A DNA stretch of 64,000 nucleotides from Candidatus Bathyarchaeia archaeon (GCA_038870975.1 JAVZJD010000001.1:480001-544000); one strand, 5' to 3'. Positions 9,822-26,190 are shown, counted from the stretch's first letter. Numbers and translations are program-made. The notes: a model not told the origin generated them from the letters alone.

Positions 9822-11444
9822 CTAAGGAGTAAAAGGTAATCCTAATTTTCTACTTAAGCATGCCTTTATAAACCCATAATATGGGGGTGATGGCTTTCCA
9901 GGTCTACTTTTGAATTCTGGATGGAATTGTGTACCCATGTAGAAGTACCTATCTGGAAGTTCGAAGATTTCAACCCGTGAGCCATCTATTGAGAAACCTG
10001 AGAAAACCATTCCATGTTTTTGCAGAATATCCCAATATTTTACATTTACCTCCCAACGGTGTCTATGCCTCTCCATTATAATATTCTTACATCCATAGAG
10101 TTTATAGGCAATAGTTCCAGGTACAAGCTCCACTGGTTGCGCTCCAAGCCTCATAGTCCCTCCGAGTTGTTTAACTTCTTTCTGCTCAACCATGAGGTCT
10201 ATGACTGGATGAGAAGTATTGGGGTTATTTTCAGTACTATTTGCATCTTTAAGATTACATACATACCTTGCGAAAGCCACAATAGCCATTTGAAAGCCGA
10301 AGCATATACCTAGTAATGGTATGTCCATTCTCCTCGCATAATCTGCGGCTAGAATCTTCCCCTCCGTCCCCCTGGCGCCGAAACCAGGAGGCACTATAAT
10401 ACCATCATAGTTTAAAAGCTTCTCAAGGTTTTCTTCATTCTCAAATTCTTCAGCTTCTATCCAGTCTATTTTAGCTTTAGCATTACAGTAGGCGGCTGCG
10501 TGTTTAATGGCTTCATTAATACTTACGTAGGCATCTGATAGTGCGGCATACTTACCCACCATTGCGATTTTAATCTCGCGATCTGCTGTAAGAAATGCAT
10601 CTACTATCTGCTTCCATTCAGACCAATTTGGTTTAACTGGGTTCAAGCCCAGTCTTTTAACCACGTATTCACCCATCCCCTGTTCGTCTAATATGAGGGG
10701 GGCTTGGTATACACATTGAAGCGTGTAAGAGCAGAAAACAGCTTCCCTAGGTATTGTACCGAATAACGCTATTTTAGCCTTCGTCTCCTCTCCGATATTC
10801 CTCACACACCTAGCCACTATTATATCAGGTTGAATACCTATCCGTCTAAGCTCGTTAACGCTATGTTGAAGCGGCTTAGTCTTTTCTTCCCCAGTCGTAT
10901 CTAAAACAGGTACTAGAGCTACGTGAACAAACATTGTATTCTCAAAACCCTTTTCAAGTCTTATCTGCCGTATCGCCTCTAGGTATGGTAGTCCTTCAAT
11001 ATCTCCCACTGTACCTCCAACCTCCGTTAGAAGGACATCTATCGGCTCTTTCTCAGCAACCATGTAGATTCGACGTTTAATCTCATCTGTTATATGAGGC
11101 ACTATTTGAACACATTTACCCAAATAGTCGCCTCTCCTCTCCCTCTCTATGACAGCCCAGTATACCTGGCCAGTCGTTATATTGTGGTCCTTAGTCAAAT
11201 TTATGTCTAGAAATCTCTCATAGTGGCCAATATCGAGGTCTATTTCACCTCCATCCTCTGTAACGAATATCTCTCCATGCTGGTAAGGGTTCATAGTTCC
11301 ACAGTCTACGTTCAAGTATGGATCTATTTTTATCACAGAAACCCTATATCCGCGGACTTGGAGGATTTTACCTATTGAAGCAGTAACTACACCCTTACCT
11401 ACACTCGATAAAACTCCTCCAGTTATGAATATGAATTTAACCAA
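9822..11444 (-). CDS. pyrG: CTP synthase
   Basis: KFIFITGGVLSSVGKG, GICFG glutaminase Cys, TQFHPEF. Confidence 0.98.
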   Translation of the reverse strand: MVKFIFITGGVLSSVGKGVVTASIGKILQVRGYRVSVIKIDPYLNVDCGTMNPYQHGEIFVTEDGGEIDLDIGHYERFLDINLTKDHNITTGQVYWAVIERERRGDYLGKCVQIVPHITDEIKRRIYMVAEKEPIDVLLTEVGGTVGDIEGLPYLEAIRQIRLEKGFENTMFVHVALVPVLDTTGEEKTKPLQHSVNELRRIGIQPDIIVARCVRNIGEETKAKIALFGTIPREAVFCSYTLQCVYQAPLILDEQGMGEYVVKRLGLNPVKPNWSEWKQIVDAFLTADREIKIAMVGKYAALSDAYVSINEAIKHAAAYCNAKAKIDWIEAEEFENEENLEKLLNYDGIIVPPGFGARGTEGKILAADYARRMDIPLLGICFGFQMAIVAFARYVCNLKDANSTENNPNTSHPVIDLMVEQKEVKQLGGTMRLGAQPVELVPGTIAYKLYGCKNIIMERHRHRWEVNVKYWDILQKHGMVFSGFSIDGSRVEIFELPDRYFYMGTQFHPEFKSRPGKPSPPYYGFIKACLSRKLGLPFTP

Positions 11445-11874
11445 TAGAAACCCCCTTTAAACAGAGCACCTTAGAGATTTCTTACGAGTAAATCCCTGCG
11501 AAACCCTCTTATTTCTTTTATTGTCATTTATCGTCATATATGCGAGCCTCTTTTAGGCCCTATAATCTTCGACCTTTCAAATAGGTTAAACCCAAGTTGC
11601 TGAACCAGAGCCGACCTTCGTTGTTGCATTGGTATACTAGCGGCTCAGCAATAGCGGTGTTTACTACGAGTTGGACAAGATGCTATTACGTGTGGTGGTT
11701 GCTCATACATTAAGACCTGCATTCAACTCTTATTAATGGTAAAGTCAGCCGGATATGATTTAACTTCTTTTGGCATGAAAATGTGGTTTTAAATTGAAAA
11801 CTAAGTCCTCAAACGAAAAGCTTTTCTTTAGAAAGACTTTAGTAGAATTGTCATTTAGTAGGGCGGTTATCTAA

Positions 11875-12573
<699 letters not shown>

Positions 12574-12604
12574 CGTCTAATTCTTTCTCTACTCTAGAGA
12601 AGTG

Positions 12605-13108
12605 TTAATAGACACTTATCTTCTTCACACCTTCTATTTCAAGAATTCTTTTTAAAGCATCTCCAGACGGAGACCTCTCTAAGACTAAGATGAGCTTAGG
12701 CTCAGGCGACAGATCTGGGTCTTCAGCGACAGCCTGTCTAATGCTTATGTTTTCAGACGCCACGATGGAGGCTGCTTTAGCGAGGATGCCTGGCTTTTCA
12801 GAGTCCGCGTATATCTCTATGACTGAGAAGCCTAATTGCTTAGCAACTTCCGATAGCAACGGTCCAGACGGTTTGAGAAACATGAATATCTCCCTAAGCT
12901 CAGAATCTCTTAAAATCGACAAAACAGTCTCTTTTACAACTCTTCTATCGACACCTAGTGCTCTTGCTATCTTCTGATAGCTCTGTTTTACTGGTCCACA
13001 GTATATTTCTCCATCTCCGGAAATCCTAAAGCCAAGCTCTATTATAGTCTTAGCGACTTTGACTCTAGCAGGATACGATGTGAATTTCTCGAGAACGCGA
13101 CGCCACAT
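12605..13108 (-). CDS. ACT-domain regulator of amino-acid metabolism (COG2150-like)
   Basis: HTH-like IARALGVDRRVV, C-terminal ACT PGILAKAASIVASENISIRQ, AEDPDL. Confidence 0.85.
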   Translation of the reverse strand: MWRRVLEKFTSYPARVKVAKTIIELGFRISGDGEIYCGPVKQSYQKIARALGVDRRVVKETVLSILRDSELREIFMFLKPSGPLLSEVAKQLGFSVIEIYADSEKPGILAKAASIVASENISIRQAVAEDPDLSPEPKLILVLERSPSGDALKRILEIEGVKKISVY

Positions 13109-13149
13109 ACGTTAATATTTATATTCGTGGAGACTATTAAATAATGCTA

Positions 13150-13728
13150 TCAGTCGTATACTATAAAGCCGTATACAATTGGCGTTATGAAGACCTCTAT
13201 AAAAGCCGCTACGGCAAGCATAGGTGTAATTGTTTTGAAGAATGTTTTTAAACTCCTGACTACGGTGGCTTTAACGTGGCTTTTCCTACCGAATACGCCC
13301 ATCCAGGCTTCCCATCCGACGTTTAAACCCAAGGCTGATGCCACTAGGACTGAAGGTATTTCTATAATGCCGTGAGGTAGTAGAGATGCCAACGTACCTG
13401 CGAATCCTATTGAGGCAAAGCCGTATTTAACAACTGCGCCGAGTATTAAACCGTTAAAAGTTAAGAAGACTATTGGAGGGATTCCTATGAGAAACCCAAG
13501 TAGAACCACTAAAAGGCTTTTAATGAAGTTGTTCAGAAATACTAGAATCGCTAGTATTGGAGGAGGAAAAGCAGTTAAAAACTTTGACATCTCTGACAAA
13601 CCTTCTATAATCGATAGGGTCGAAGTATCTGAAGTAAAACCAATGAACATGGAAGCCCCGAATAGAATAGAACTTACTAGAACATTTATCCACAGTCTAC
13701 GCTTCTCGGTGGAGGCTCCTCCGCTCAA
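13150..13728 (-). CDS. SpoIIM-like membrane protein (DUF95)
   Basis: VFLNN, FNGLILG, LLPHGIIEIP, AAFIEVFITP. Confidence 0.88.
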   Translation of the reverse strand: MSGGASTEKRRLWINVLVSSILFGASMFIGFTSDTSTLSIIEGLSEMSKFLTAFPPPILAILVFLNNFIKSLLVVLLGFLIGIPPIVFLTFNGLILGAVVKYGFASIGFAGTLASLLPHGIIEIPSVLVASALGLNVGWEAWMGVFGRKSHVKATVVRSLKTFFKTITPMLAVAAFIEVFITPIVYGFIVYD

Positions 13729-13906
13729 CTATACATCGATAGGCTTTGAACAATATTAATCTTATTGAAGAGTCGAAGATGGCCTCTACGAGACTTATAC
13801 GGATACTTCTAAAAGCAGGATTGCCTAGGAATTAAAATCTAAAAGAACGTAGGGAGACAGTAGTTGAACACTTTAACTCTCTATCTATAGATTGCCCATT
13901 TTCATC

Positions 13907-14017
13907 TCACGTCACTTTTCTCGTCCATCTATAAGCATCTCGACTTGAGTATTTTACGATTGTTTCTTTAAATGCACCCTCTAAATCAATGTTGTAATAG
14001 TTTGCAAAGCTCCAAAT
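13907..14017 (-). pseudogene. C-terminal fragment of MazG-like nucleotide pyrophosphohydrolase
   Basis: Reads IWSFANYYNIDLEGAFKETIVKYSSRDAYRWTRKVT* directly after an in-frame stop; resembles the MazG-like tail (lAN...IDLE.AF......Y..RD..RW). Confidence 0.55.
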
Positions 14018-14266
14018 CTATCCCTCCGTTAGATTCTGTCTTCTTTTTAATTTTACTTTCTCGTTAAAAATGGAAAAATCACTCGGGTTCAAGACGGATG
14101 GTTGAAGTGGCTTTGAAGATGCGTAGGCTAACCTGGGTTGGAAAAAAGTATGGTAAGATGGCATTCGTAGACTTTCCATTAGGAGAAGTATCTTTTTAAC
14201 GAAGGAGTTTATGCCCTTTCTAAAGGCATTAAAAACGAAAAATCACTCTTTTAGACCTACACCTCT

Positions 14267-14319
14267 CCCCCTAGGGGGTCTAACTGTCCATAAAATAGTC
14301 CATAAAAACTTCCATAAAA
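14267..14319 (+). repeat. G-tract/TAACT plus three CCATAAAA iterons at 12-nt period (dispersed repeat, copy 1)
   Basis: CCCCCTAGGGGG palindrome, TCTAACTGT, then CCATAAAA at 14288, 14300 and 14312; inverse copy at 27114-27171. Confidence 0.75.
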
Positions 14320-14474
14320 TCGAAACATTATGGATTTGTATTTTTTCACAGAACCATCCAATGAAGAGATTGAGGCTTTAATGTTTAAAACTCATGCGGT
14401 TCGGAGAATTCTAACAGCCACTCCTTACTTTTTTGATAAAAACCTCTTTATTCTCTCCAGGTTTTCTCAAATAT

Positions 14475-14693
14475 ATGCCTAAGCCAGGTTACTCCATCAT
14501 AATCGTGTCGGATTCTGTTAAACAGCAGCTGGAGTCGATCGCCCGATCTAAAGGCTTCAGAACAGTTAACCAGCTGTTAGAGGCGTGGCTGAGGGTTAAC
14601 CCCAGGGTATACTCCGACGGTGGAGAACCCTCTCTCGCGTTTATCTCTCTTTATCCAATTCTCAACCATCTTCTGAATTTGACGTATAGTTAA
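14475..14693 (+). CDS. Small RHH/CopG-like DNA-binding protein, possibly a degraded mobile-element gene
   Basis: MPKPGYSIIIVSDSVKQQLESIARSKGFRTVNQLLEAWL has a beta-helix-helix pattern; lies between the iteron repeat and a weak integrase relic. Confidence 0.5.
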   Translation: MPKPGYSIIIVSDSVKQQLESIARSKGFRTVNQLLEAWLRVNPRVYSDGGEPSLAFISLYPILNHLLNLTYS

Positions 14694-14825
14694 CCCACTC
14701 ATCGAAAAACCTTTCAACCTCACCAAACTATTTAACGTTTCGACTGATGGGGAAGATTTTTGTGTAACTGAAGAGACGGCAAAACTTATAGAAGAACTTG
14801 CCATTAAGAAGAATATGAATATGAG

Positions 14826-15545
14826 GTGGTGATTTTAGGGAACGAAAGTGAAATAGACATATCCATAGTAATACCTACTTTAAACGAGGAGAAATACCTT
14901 CCGAGACTTCTCAAGTCTATTAAAACACAGAAGGTAACTTGTAAGATTGAGACCATCATCGTAGATAGCTTCAGCTCTGATAAAACGGTAGATTTAGCTA
15001 GACAATTTGACACTACTGTTTTAATCGTAAAGTCAAATATAGCTGAGGCTAGGAATATTGGAGGCCTTCAAGCGAAGGGGAAGTTTCTACTTTTTCTAGA
15101 TGCAGATACAGTGATTCCTCAAGGCTTCTTAAATAGCCTTAGGCATCTACTTGAGAGCGGTGTTAAATGTGTAATTTTCAGACCAGAGCCGTTAGAATAC
15201 GCTGGGTCTTTATTTGCTAGAATAGGCTATACGTTAGGATGGATTTTGTGTCGACTACGCCTTACAAACCCATGCTATATGGGTTTAGCTATTGAGAGAG
15301 GCATATTTTCAAAGCTGGGAGGTTTTAATACACGTCTAGTTTACAGTGAAGATTTGGATTTCCTATGGAGAGTTTCAAGGGCTGTAAAGATATACTATCC
15401 TAAACAAATCTCCATATACAGCAGTACGAGGAGGTGGTTTAAGAACGGGAAGCTTAGGTTTTCAGAGTGTCTTAGAATGGCTCTTAGAGTTTTACAGTAT
15501 ATGGTTCTACGTAAAAGCGGTATGGAGTATCCATTATATAGATGA
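14826..15545 (+). CDS. Glycosyltransferase family 2
   Basis: ISIVIPTLNEE, IIVDSFSSDKT, LFLDAD, SEDLDF. Confidence 0.92.
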   Translation: MVILGNESEIDISIVIPTLNEEKYLPRLLKSIKTQKVTCKIETIIVDSFSSDKTVDLARQFDTTVLIVKSNIAEARNIGGLQAKGKFLLFLDADTVIPQGFLNSLRHLLESGVKCVIFRPEPLEYAGSLFARIGYTLGWILCRLRLTNPCYMGLAIERGIFSKLGGFNTRLVYSEDLDFLWRVSRAVKIYYPKQISIYSSTRRWFKNGKLRFSECLRMALRVLQYMVLRKSGMEYPLYR

Positions 15546-15638
15546 TGGAGTCGATATGTAAAGATTCTATTTTTAAAAATTGAAATTTATTTAAGGGAAC
15601 TGATAAATACTGGCATACTCGCTACGTATTACGTTGGT

Positions 15639-16436
15639 GTGATTAATATGAGCACAAGCCACATTCAAGACCTGATTTTTAGGATGATGACTGTAGACCT
15701 CCTTAGAATAGCGAAGGAGAGGTTTACCTACAGAGAGCTCTCTCAAATGGTTGGCCTTCAGATTACCGTTTTAAGCCGGTATGTTAAAGGTCACGTTTTA
15801 CCCAGTACTGAGAGGGCAAAATCTATATGGAAAACGTTAAACCCAATAGTTGGACTTGAGAAGGAACTTCTAGAAGCTGTAAAATTCGATGAAGAAGGGT
15901 ACTTTGACAACACTAAAATCATCGGAGACAGTTCACTGTTACATTTAGCTTCTCAAGATGCATTAGCTAAATTCGCAGGTAGAAGGGTTACAAAAGTACT
16001 AACGGCAGCTGTTGACGGTATACCCCTAGCTACGATGATCGCGCAGGCCATGGGAGTGAATCTAGTAATCGCTAAGGGGAGTAAGGAAATAGGCGTTAAA
16101 GAGTTTGTAGAGGAAACTTATGTTCCTAGTAACACAGGCATGATTGTAACACTCTACATACCGAAAGACTCCATAAAGAAGACGGATAGCGTACTCATCG
16201 TAGACGATGTAGTAAGAACAGGTGAAACTCAGAAAGCCCTCATAAGCCTCGTTCAAAAGTGTAAAGCAGAAGTCACCGGCATATACACGTTGGTCGCGAT
16301 AGGCGATGATTTTGAGAAGAAGCTGAATCTTCCACCAAGGTGTAAATTCGAAGCCGTTATAAGAATAATTCCAGAACGTATTAAACCTGTTGAAGTTAAA
16401 AGAAGCCGACCGATGGTAAGCTCAATGGCAATATAG
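15639..16436 (+). CDS. HTH-phosphoribosyltransferase (PurR-like / adenine PRT family)
   Basis: N-terminal HTH (TYRELSQMVGLQITVLSRYVKGHVLPS) and PRPP motif VLIVDDVVRTGET. Confidence 0.88.
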   Translation: MINMSTSHIQDLIFRMMTVDLLRIAKERFTYRELSQMVGLQITVLSRYVKGHVLPSTERAKSIWKTLNPIVGLEKELLEAVKFDEEGYFDNTKIIGDSSLLHLASQDALAKFAGRRVTKVLTAAVDGIPLATMIAQAMGVNLVIAKGSKEIGVKEFVEETYVPSNTGMIVTLYIPKDSIKKTDSVLIVDDVVRTGETQKALISLVQKCKAEVTGIYTLVAIGDDFEKKLNLPPRCKFEAVIRIIPERIKPVEVKRSRPMVSSMAI

Positions 16437-16450
16437 TTATCGCTTAAAGC

Positions 16451-17707
16451 CTAAGTTCCAGTTTCATAGCTTTCCAAGTATTTTCTCTGCTTTTCCGTCA
16501 AACTGTCTATTTGAACACCCATAGTTTCCAGTTTAAGCTCGGCAACCATTCTGTCAACCTCTAAAGGTACATCATATACACGTGGCTCAAGAAGACCGGC
16601 TTTTTCAACCAAATATTTGACTGAAAGAGCCTGATTTGCAAAAGACATATCCATCACTTCGCTCGGATGCCCCTCAGCAGCTACCAGGTTTATAAGCCTA
16701 CCTTCGGCCAGAAGATATAATCGACTACCATTCACGAGAGTATACTCGTCTAGATTATCTCTAATTTTTCTCTTTGAGATAGAGAGCTTCTCAAGGTCTT
16801 CAAGAGATATTTCAACGTTAAAATGTCCAGCGTTGCACATGACTGCTCCATCTTTCATAAGAATCATGTGCTCAGCTCTTATTACGTCTACGTTACCTGT
16901 AGCTGTTATAAACAGGTCGCCTATTTTTGCGGCTTCAACCATAGGCATTACTTTAAACCCATCCATAACCGCTCTTAAAGCCTTTATGGGGTCTACTTCT
17001 GTAACCACGACCTGCGAACCCATACCTCTAGCTCTATTGGCTATTCCCCTACCGCAATGTCCATATCCAGCCACCACGACTGTTTTACCAGCTAAGAGCA
17101 TGTTTGTAGCTCTAAAGATGCCATCTAGAGTGCTCTGGCCAGTTCCATAGACGTTATCGAAATCCCACTTAGTCTGAGCATTATTAACAGCTATAATCGG
17201 TATTTTAAGAGATTTAAGCCTCTCCATGGTTTTAAGCCTTAGAACACCCGTAGTTGTCTCTTCACATCCTCCAAGTATACTCGTGAGAAGGCCACCCATC
17301 TCTTGATGAAGCGTCACGATTAGATCCGCACCGTCATCTAAAACCACATCGGGTTTATGGGATAAAACAGTTTTAATGCATTCGTAGTATTCTTCCTTAG
17401 ACTGACCCCTCCACGCGTAGACATTAACACCTTCTACGGCTAGAGCAGCTGCAACATCATCTTGACAGGATAGCGGATTAGAGGAAGCCAGTGATACTTT
17501 AGCGCCTCCTGCCGTCAAAGTCCGAACTAAGACTGCAGTTTCTTTAGTAACGTGTAAACATCCCGATATCCTTAATCCTTCCAGGGGTTTACTCTTAATG
17601 AATTCTTCTCTTATCTTAGCTAGGACAGGCATTCTCCTAGAGGCCCAGTCGATCTGTAGCATGCCTTTATCGGCAAGTTTAACATCTCTAACTTTAAATT
17701 TCTCCAT
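16451..17707 (-). CDS. ahcY: S-adenosylhomocysteine hydrolase
   Basis: [44 protein letters not shown]. Confidence 0.98.
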   Translation of the reverse strand: MEKFKVRDVKLADKGMLQIDWASRRMPVLAKIREEFIKSKPLEGLRISGCLHVTKETAVLVRTLTAGGAKVSLASSNPLSCQDDVAAALAVEGVNVYAWRGQSKEEYYECIKTVLSHKPDVVLDDGADLIVTLHQEMGGLLTSILGGCEETTTGVLRLKTMERLKSLKIPIIAVNNAQTKWDFDNVYGTGQSTLDGIFRATNMLLAGKTVVVAGYGHCGRGIANRARGMGSQVVVTEVDPIKALRAVMDGFKVMPMVEAAKIGDLFITATGNVDVIRAEHMILMKDGAVMCNAGHFNVEISLEDLEKLSISKRKIRDNLDEYTLVNGSRLYLLAEGRLINLVAAEGHPSEVMDMSFANQALSVKYLVEKAGLLEPRVYDVPLEVDRMVAELKLETMGVQIDSLTEKQRKYLESYETGT

Positions 17708-17746
17708 CCTAAAAGCACCTCAGCAAGAATATCAACACTCTTATAA

Positions 17747-18481
17747 TTAACGGTTGCTGAGCGGATTAAAATTTAAAGTTTGAGAAGGCTTTAATTCTGG
17801 AATCCATCCCTTAAAACCTATGACGTCTCCGTAAAACACTATACATCCTCTAACCCCCTTTATCTCCAAGGCTTTTTCAAGTGCTTTTTCAACAACACTT
17901 TTGGAGTTGTTACTCCTCACTAGATTGCATATAGCCGTAGCTACTGCGTCTGCAAGTCCAGAGTTCTCAGCGAAGACCGTAACTAGGTCGGCTTCACCAA
18001 AGCTTACACCAGCTCCAAGTTTTGAACTACTTGAAGCTACTCCTAAAGGGGTGTCTTCAGGGTGTATTGTGAAAGAGAACCCCCTTAAAACTCCAACACC
18101 AGCATACGCACCTATATTTATGGGAACTGTTATGGTTGAAGCCGCTATTTCACCACCATTCTCAACGACTAAAACAGTAGGCATTGCCGTTAACCCGTAC
18201 TCTAAAGACATGTCGGCTAAAACTCCTGCTACAGATGCCATAGGGCCTACGTTTGCCAGAAAACCGGCGGAAGCCATCCTTTTAACGACTTCAGGAGCCC
18301 ATTTCTCTACTTCAACTGGGTCTAGACTCCATTTAAACTTAGGATTCATCCTCAGGTACTGTTCAAGATTTATACGACATTCTAAAACCTTCAGCCAACA
18401 TAGTTCAGCAGCGTTTAAGCTATCGGTTAAAATGTTAAGCTTTGTTTCTCTGAAGCTTCTTCTGACTTTTATAAGCTTCAT
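17747..18481 (-). CDS. UPF0280 / ApbE-superfamily protein
   Basis: VGPMASVAG, VENGGEI, SFGEAD, ADAVATA. Confidence 0.9.
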   Translation of the reverse strand: MKLIKVRRSFRETKLNILTDSLNAAELCWLKVLECRINLEQYLRMNPKFKWSLDPVEVEKWAPEVVKRMASAGFLANVGPMASVAGVLADMSLEYGLTAMPTVLVVENGGEIAASTITVPINIGAYAGVGVLRGFSFTIHPEDTPLGVASSSSKLGAGVSFGEADLVTVFAENSGLADAVATAICNLVRSNNSKSVVEKALEKALEIKGVRGCIVFYGDVIGFKGWIPELKPSQTLNFNPLSNR

Positions 18482-18610
18482 TATAAGGCATTAATTCAAT
18501 AGGTGGATGCTGGATAAAAACTTTAGAAGCTACGTATAGTATTCGATCGACATTTTCACCGTTATTTTTATAAGGATTTAACGACAAAGTGAATATCGGA
18601 GGGCTTTTTC

Positions 18611-19006
18611 TTGTCTTCTGTTAAAATGAATCTGAATACACCCGTAGAAGCAGTTATGCGTTCTCCACCCGTGAAAGTCCTATTCTCAGATACTATAGCC
18701 ACCGTTATCGATAAAATGTCTATGTACGATATAGGAGCGGTCATAGTGGAAATGGGAGGGAGACCCGTTGGTATAATTACGGAGAAAGACATACTTAACC
18801 GGGTCATACGAGCTGGTAGAAGTCCAGCCGCAACGTACGCTCACGAAGTCATGAGTAAACCGCTTATAACAATTGAGGCAGATAAGCCAATATCGGAGGC
18901 TTTAAGAATCATGCGTGACAATAAAATAAGAAGGCTTGCTGTAACTAGGAGGGGAAACCTCGTCGGAATACTGACTGAGAGAAGAATTATAGATGCTTTG
19001 GTTTAA
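18611..19006 (+). CDS. CBS-domain pair protein
   Basis: Two CBS repeats (VGIITEKDI; VGILTERRI). Confidence 0.9.
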   Translation: MSSVKMNLNTPVEAVMRSPPVKVLFSDTIATVIDKMSMYDIGAVIVEMGGRPVGIITEKDILNRVIRAGRSPAATYAHEVMSKPLITIEADKPISEALRIMRDNKIRRLAVTRRGNLVGILTERRIIDALV

Positions 19007-19027
19007 TCCCTCCAATCCCATTATTTT

Positions 19028-19417
19028 TTAACCCATAACGACGGTAACTTTCTCACCACCTTTAACCTTTCTTAAAATATCGATACCTTCAACTATCACT
19101 CCAAACGGATTAACAGGACTATAAGCCCTAGGCTTATCAGATACGCTTACTGGAGTTCTACCGAAGAAGAGGCATATGGCATTTCCAGGAGGCCAGAATG
19201 CAACCTCCCCAACTTCCATATCGACCCTGCTGTTCTCTTCCTCTACGTTTAGATTTACTTCAAAGTAAACTTCGTCACCCCATCTCATAGCTCTACCGCT
19301 CAGAGGAAGGCTCTCCAAGACCCTTCTAACTGTCTTAGGATTCCAATCTTCCTTAACTTCTACTAAAACTGAGCCTACACCATTGAAAACAATTTTAATT
19401 ACTCTTGAAGAACCCAT
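19028..19417 (-). CDS. Cyclophilin-like fold protein (DUF369/TM1367-like)
   Basis: RWGDEVYF, GEVAFWPPGNAICLFFGRTP, SPVN. Confidence 0.88.
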   Translation of the reverse strand: MGSSRVIKIVFNGVGSVLVEVKEDWNPKTVRRVLESLPLSGRAMRWGDEVYFEVNLNVEEENSRVDMEVGEVAFWPPGNAICLFFGRTPVSVSDKPRAYSPVNPFGVIVEGIDILRKVKGGEKVTVVMG

Positions 19418-19493
19418 TTAACCACCTAATAAAATACCCTCTTCAGTTGTATTTAAGTTAAAAAATCAGCTATTTGAAGTGTTCGTCATATTT

Positions 19494-19858
19494 TTAATGA
19501 TTGGTTATAGTATTCCGCTTTCTGAAAACCATCGGTTCAGTTAAAGTCATTGTTACATATTCGAATCCAGCCTCGAACAGTTTAACAGCTTCTTCATCGC
19601 TTTTTGTAGCTTTTTTAACAGCTTCATCATGCTTTGGGTTGACTTATGTTAGAGCAATTCTTCTACGTGTGCTATATCTTTGGTCCCGTGATGTTCCATA
19701 GTCGCTCCCAATGTTGGAAAATGTGGATAGTTAATCTTAGACAGTCTTAAATTGTTAAGTTTCAAGACAAGATGCTTTCTCTGCTCTGAAAATTTTTGCT
19801 TCATAGATCTTCTTAACCTTGGGGAGAACTGATCAGATTTCTTAGGAAGACGGTTAAT
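19494..19858 (-). pseudogene. Decayed tyrosine recombinase/integrase, C-terminal half
   Basis: Across shifted frames: INRLPKKSD...QRKHLVLKLNNLRLSKI / TIHIFQHW / ATMEHHGTKDIAHVEELL*HKS / KSDEEAVKLFEAGFEYV...FRKR. These are eroded H-x-x-R-H and LGH box motifs with a stop and frameshifts. Confidence 0.8.
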
Positions 19859-20206
19859 TTTCTCATGAGACTAGGGTTGGAAATTGCTTAAAAGTAAGGT
19901 TTTTTATCTTCGCTTAATTAATTCAGTCCTCTTACAACTCTATAATCTAAAAGCTCCTTCTAGACGTTGCGAGGAAAACTACTACCAACGGAGCGATGAA
20001 TGTTACTATATACTCAAATTTTGGAGACTATTTTTCTCTTCCATAAACCGTTGGAAGAAGCCATTTAAATAATATGTCGGCGGAAAACATTAATGAAAGT
20101 GAGGCCCTCTCAGCCCGTGAGTTGTTTTAACCTTCTTTAAGATGGGTGGTTTTTCGAAGGGGAAATGGTTGCAACCAACGCTTATGCCTGAGCCAAGCCC
20201 ATCTGC

Positions 20207-21013
20207 TCAGAGGAATGGTAGGGGTTTAACCGTCGGGGGGAGCTTACGCTTATGAGATGTGGATTCGTAGCGTCTCACGACATCGAGAACCACGCTCTCC
20301 GGAATTTCGAGCTTCCGAGCGACTTCAGACGGTTTTAGCTTATGTTCGAATAGACCTACTAGGATTCTATCCAAAACCTGGTAGTCTACGGGAAGTTCGT
20401 CTGTGGCCTTATGCCCAGCATAGAGTTGGGGGCTACTCGGCTTATAGGCTATACGCTCAGGTATTCCAAGCCACTTAGCTAAAGACCTAACTTGAGTCTT
20501 ATAAAGGTGGGCTATGGGTAGGAAGTCTGCTGCTCCATCACCATACTTAGTATAGTACCCGATTAAAACCTCGCTTTTATCGCTAGTTCCAGCAACTAGT
20601 AACCCGTAAAGGTTTGCATAATAGTAGAGGATCGACATTCTAACTCTGGCTCTGAGATTGGCCGTAGGCATTTTATAAGCTGGATCTGACGGCTCATACG
20701 GTAGTACTCTCAGGAGGGCTTCCACAACGCTATCTATAGGTATGACCTTGTAGTTTATACCAAGCCAGTCAGCGAGGGCTACAGCATCTTCAACGTCGGA
20801 TTTAGGGGTGAATGAAAGAGGCATCAATAAAGCTAAGACTCTATTAGAGCCTAAGGCTTTAACACATAGAGTTGCGGTCACACTACTATCAACACCACCG
20901 CTTAAACCTAAGACGACACCTCTAGCACTACCTACAACATCTTTTATGAAAGAACAGATTTCTTCAACTGCTTCAGCGAAGTCTATAATAGGCACTGTTA
21001 AAATATCGACCAA
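20207..21013 (-). CDS. nadE: NH3-dependent NAD+ synthetase
   Basis: GLSGGVDSS, NLRARVRM, GYYTKYGDG, LYKTQV. Confidence 0.96.
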   Translation of the reverse strand: MVDILTVPIIDFAEAVEEICSFIKDVVGSARGVVLGLSGGVDSSVTATLCVKALGSNRVLALLMPLSFTPKSDVEDAVALADWLGINYKVIPIDSVVEALLRVLPYEPSDPAYKMPTANLRARVRMSILYYYANLYGLLVAGTSDKSEVLIGYYTKYGDGAADFLPIAHLYKTQVRSLAKWLGIPERIAYKPSSPQLYAGHKATDELPVDYQVLDRILVGLFEHKLKPSEVARKLEIPESVVLDVVRRYESTSHKRKLPPTVKPLPFL

Positions 21014-21072
21014 TAAATCCCCTGGAATACCTCTGGAAAAAGTAGAATTTAAACCTAAACTTATAGAAAAAA

Positions 21073-21104
21073 GGCTACGTATAGGCTGCCTATTTCACGC
21101 GGCC
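21073..21104 (-). other. 3' arm of the 23S pre-rRNA processing stem (bulge-helix-bulge)
   Basis: Pairs with 24219-24250: GGCTACGTATAGGCTGTCTA-CACG-TAG-CGGTC / GGCCG-CGTG-AAA-TAGGCAGCCTATACGTAGCC, a canonical 3-4-3 BHB. Confidence 0.85.
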
Positions 21105-21120
21105 ACCAGATTCTCTTTCA

Positions 21121-24201
<3,081 letters not shown>

Positions 24202-24218
24202 CTACTCGAGAACCCAGC

Positions 24219-24250
24219 GACCGCTACGTGTAGACAGCCTATACGTAGCC
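24219..24250 (-). other. 5' arm of the 23S pre-rRNA processing stem (BHB)
   Basis: Reverse-complement match to 21073-21104. Confidence 0.85.
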
Positions 24251-24335
24251 TCATAGCGTTCAAGATAAATACGCTCAGCTCTTAGCCTAGAAACCGGGTT
24301 TCTAGGCTGCATTGGGGATTGGGGCTTGGGAAGAT

Positions 24336-25972
<1,637 letters not shown>

Positions 25973-26176
25973 CGGATCCGCAAGGCTTTGAACTTCCCAA
26001 GCCCCTTTTCAGATCCAACCTTATAGAGGTTGGACCCTCATGTTTATACCCACAACAGGAGGTCGGGTTTGTTTCATTCTCGGGTGGAGAACCCTTCATC
26101 GTCGGAGACCCGACGCCACCGCCGGGTGTTGTGGGTGGAGGGGGAAGCCTCCAAAAAGAAGAGGGGGGTTATTGAG

Positions 26177-26190
26177 ATATAAACTTTGCG
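26177..26190 (-). promoter_or_regulatory. rRNA operon promoter (BRE + TATA)
   Basis: CGCAAAG-TTTATAT on the minus strand about 205 nt upstream of the 16S, followed by a structured GC-rich leader. Confidence 0.7.

Noticed and set aside
11594-11607. 14-bp match AAGTTGCTGAACCA to 27538-27551
   Set aside because: Matches of this length are expected by chance in 64 kb, and there is no flanking similarity
17901-18494. Long antisense ORFs (e.g. 17901-18494, 44858-45355, 34931-35353, 37708-38112)
   Set aside because: Shadow frames opposite well-supported genes
24202-24335. tRNA-Ala in the 16S-23S spacer; perfect hairpin at 24284-24308
   Set aside because: No cloverleaf or TTC-loop. The spacer is occupied by processing stems and an ordinary hairpin. 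No tRNA or 5S gene was seen anywhere in the window.
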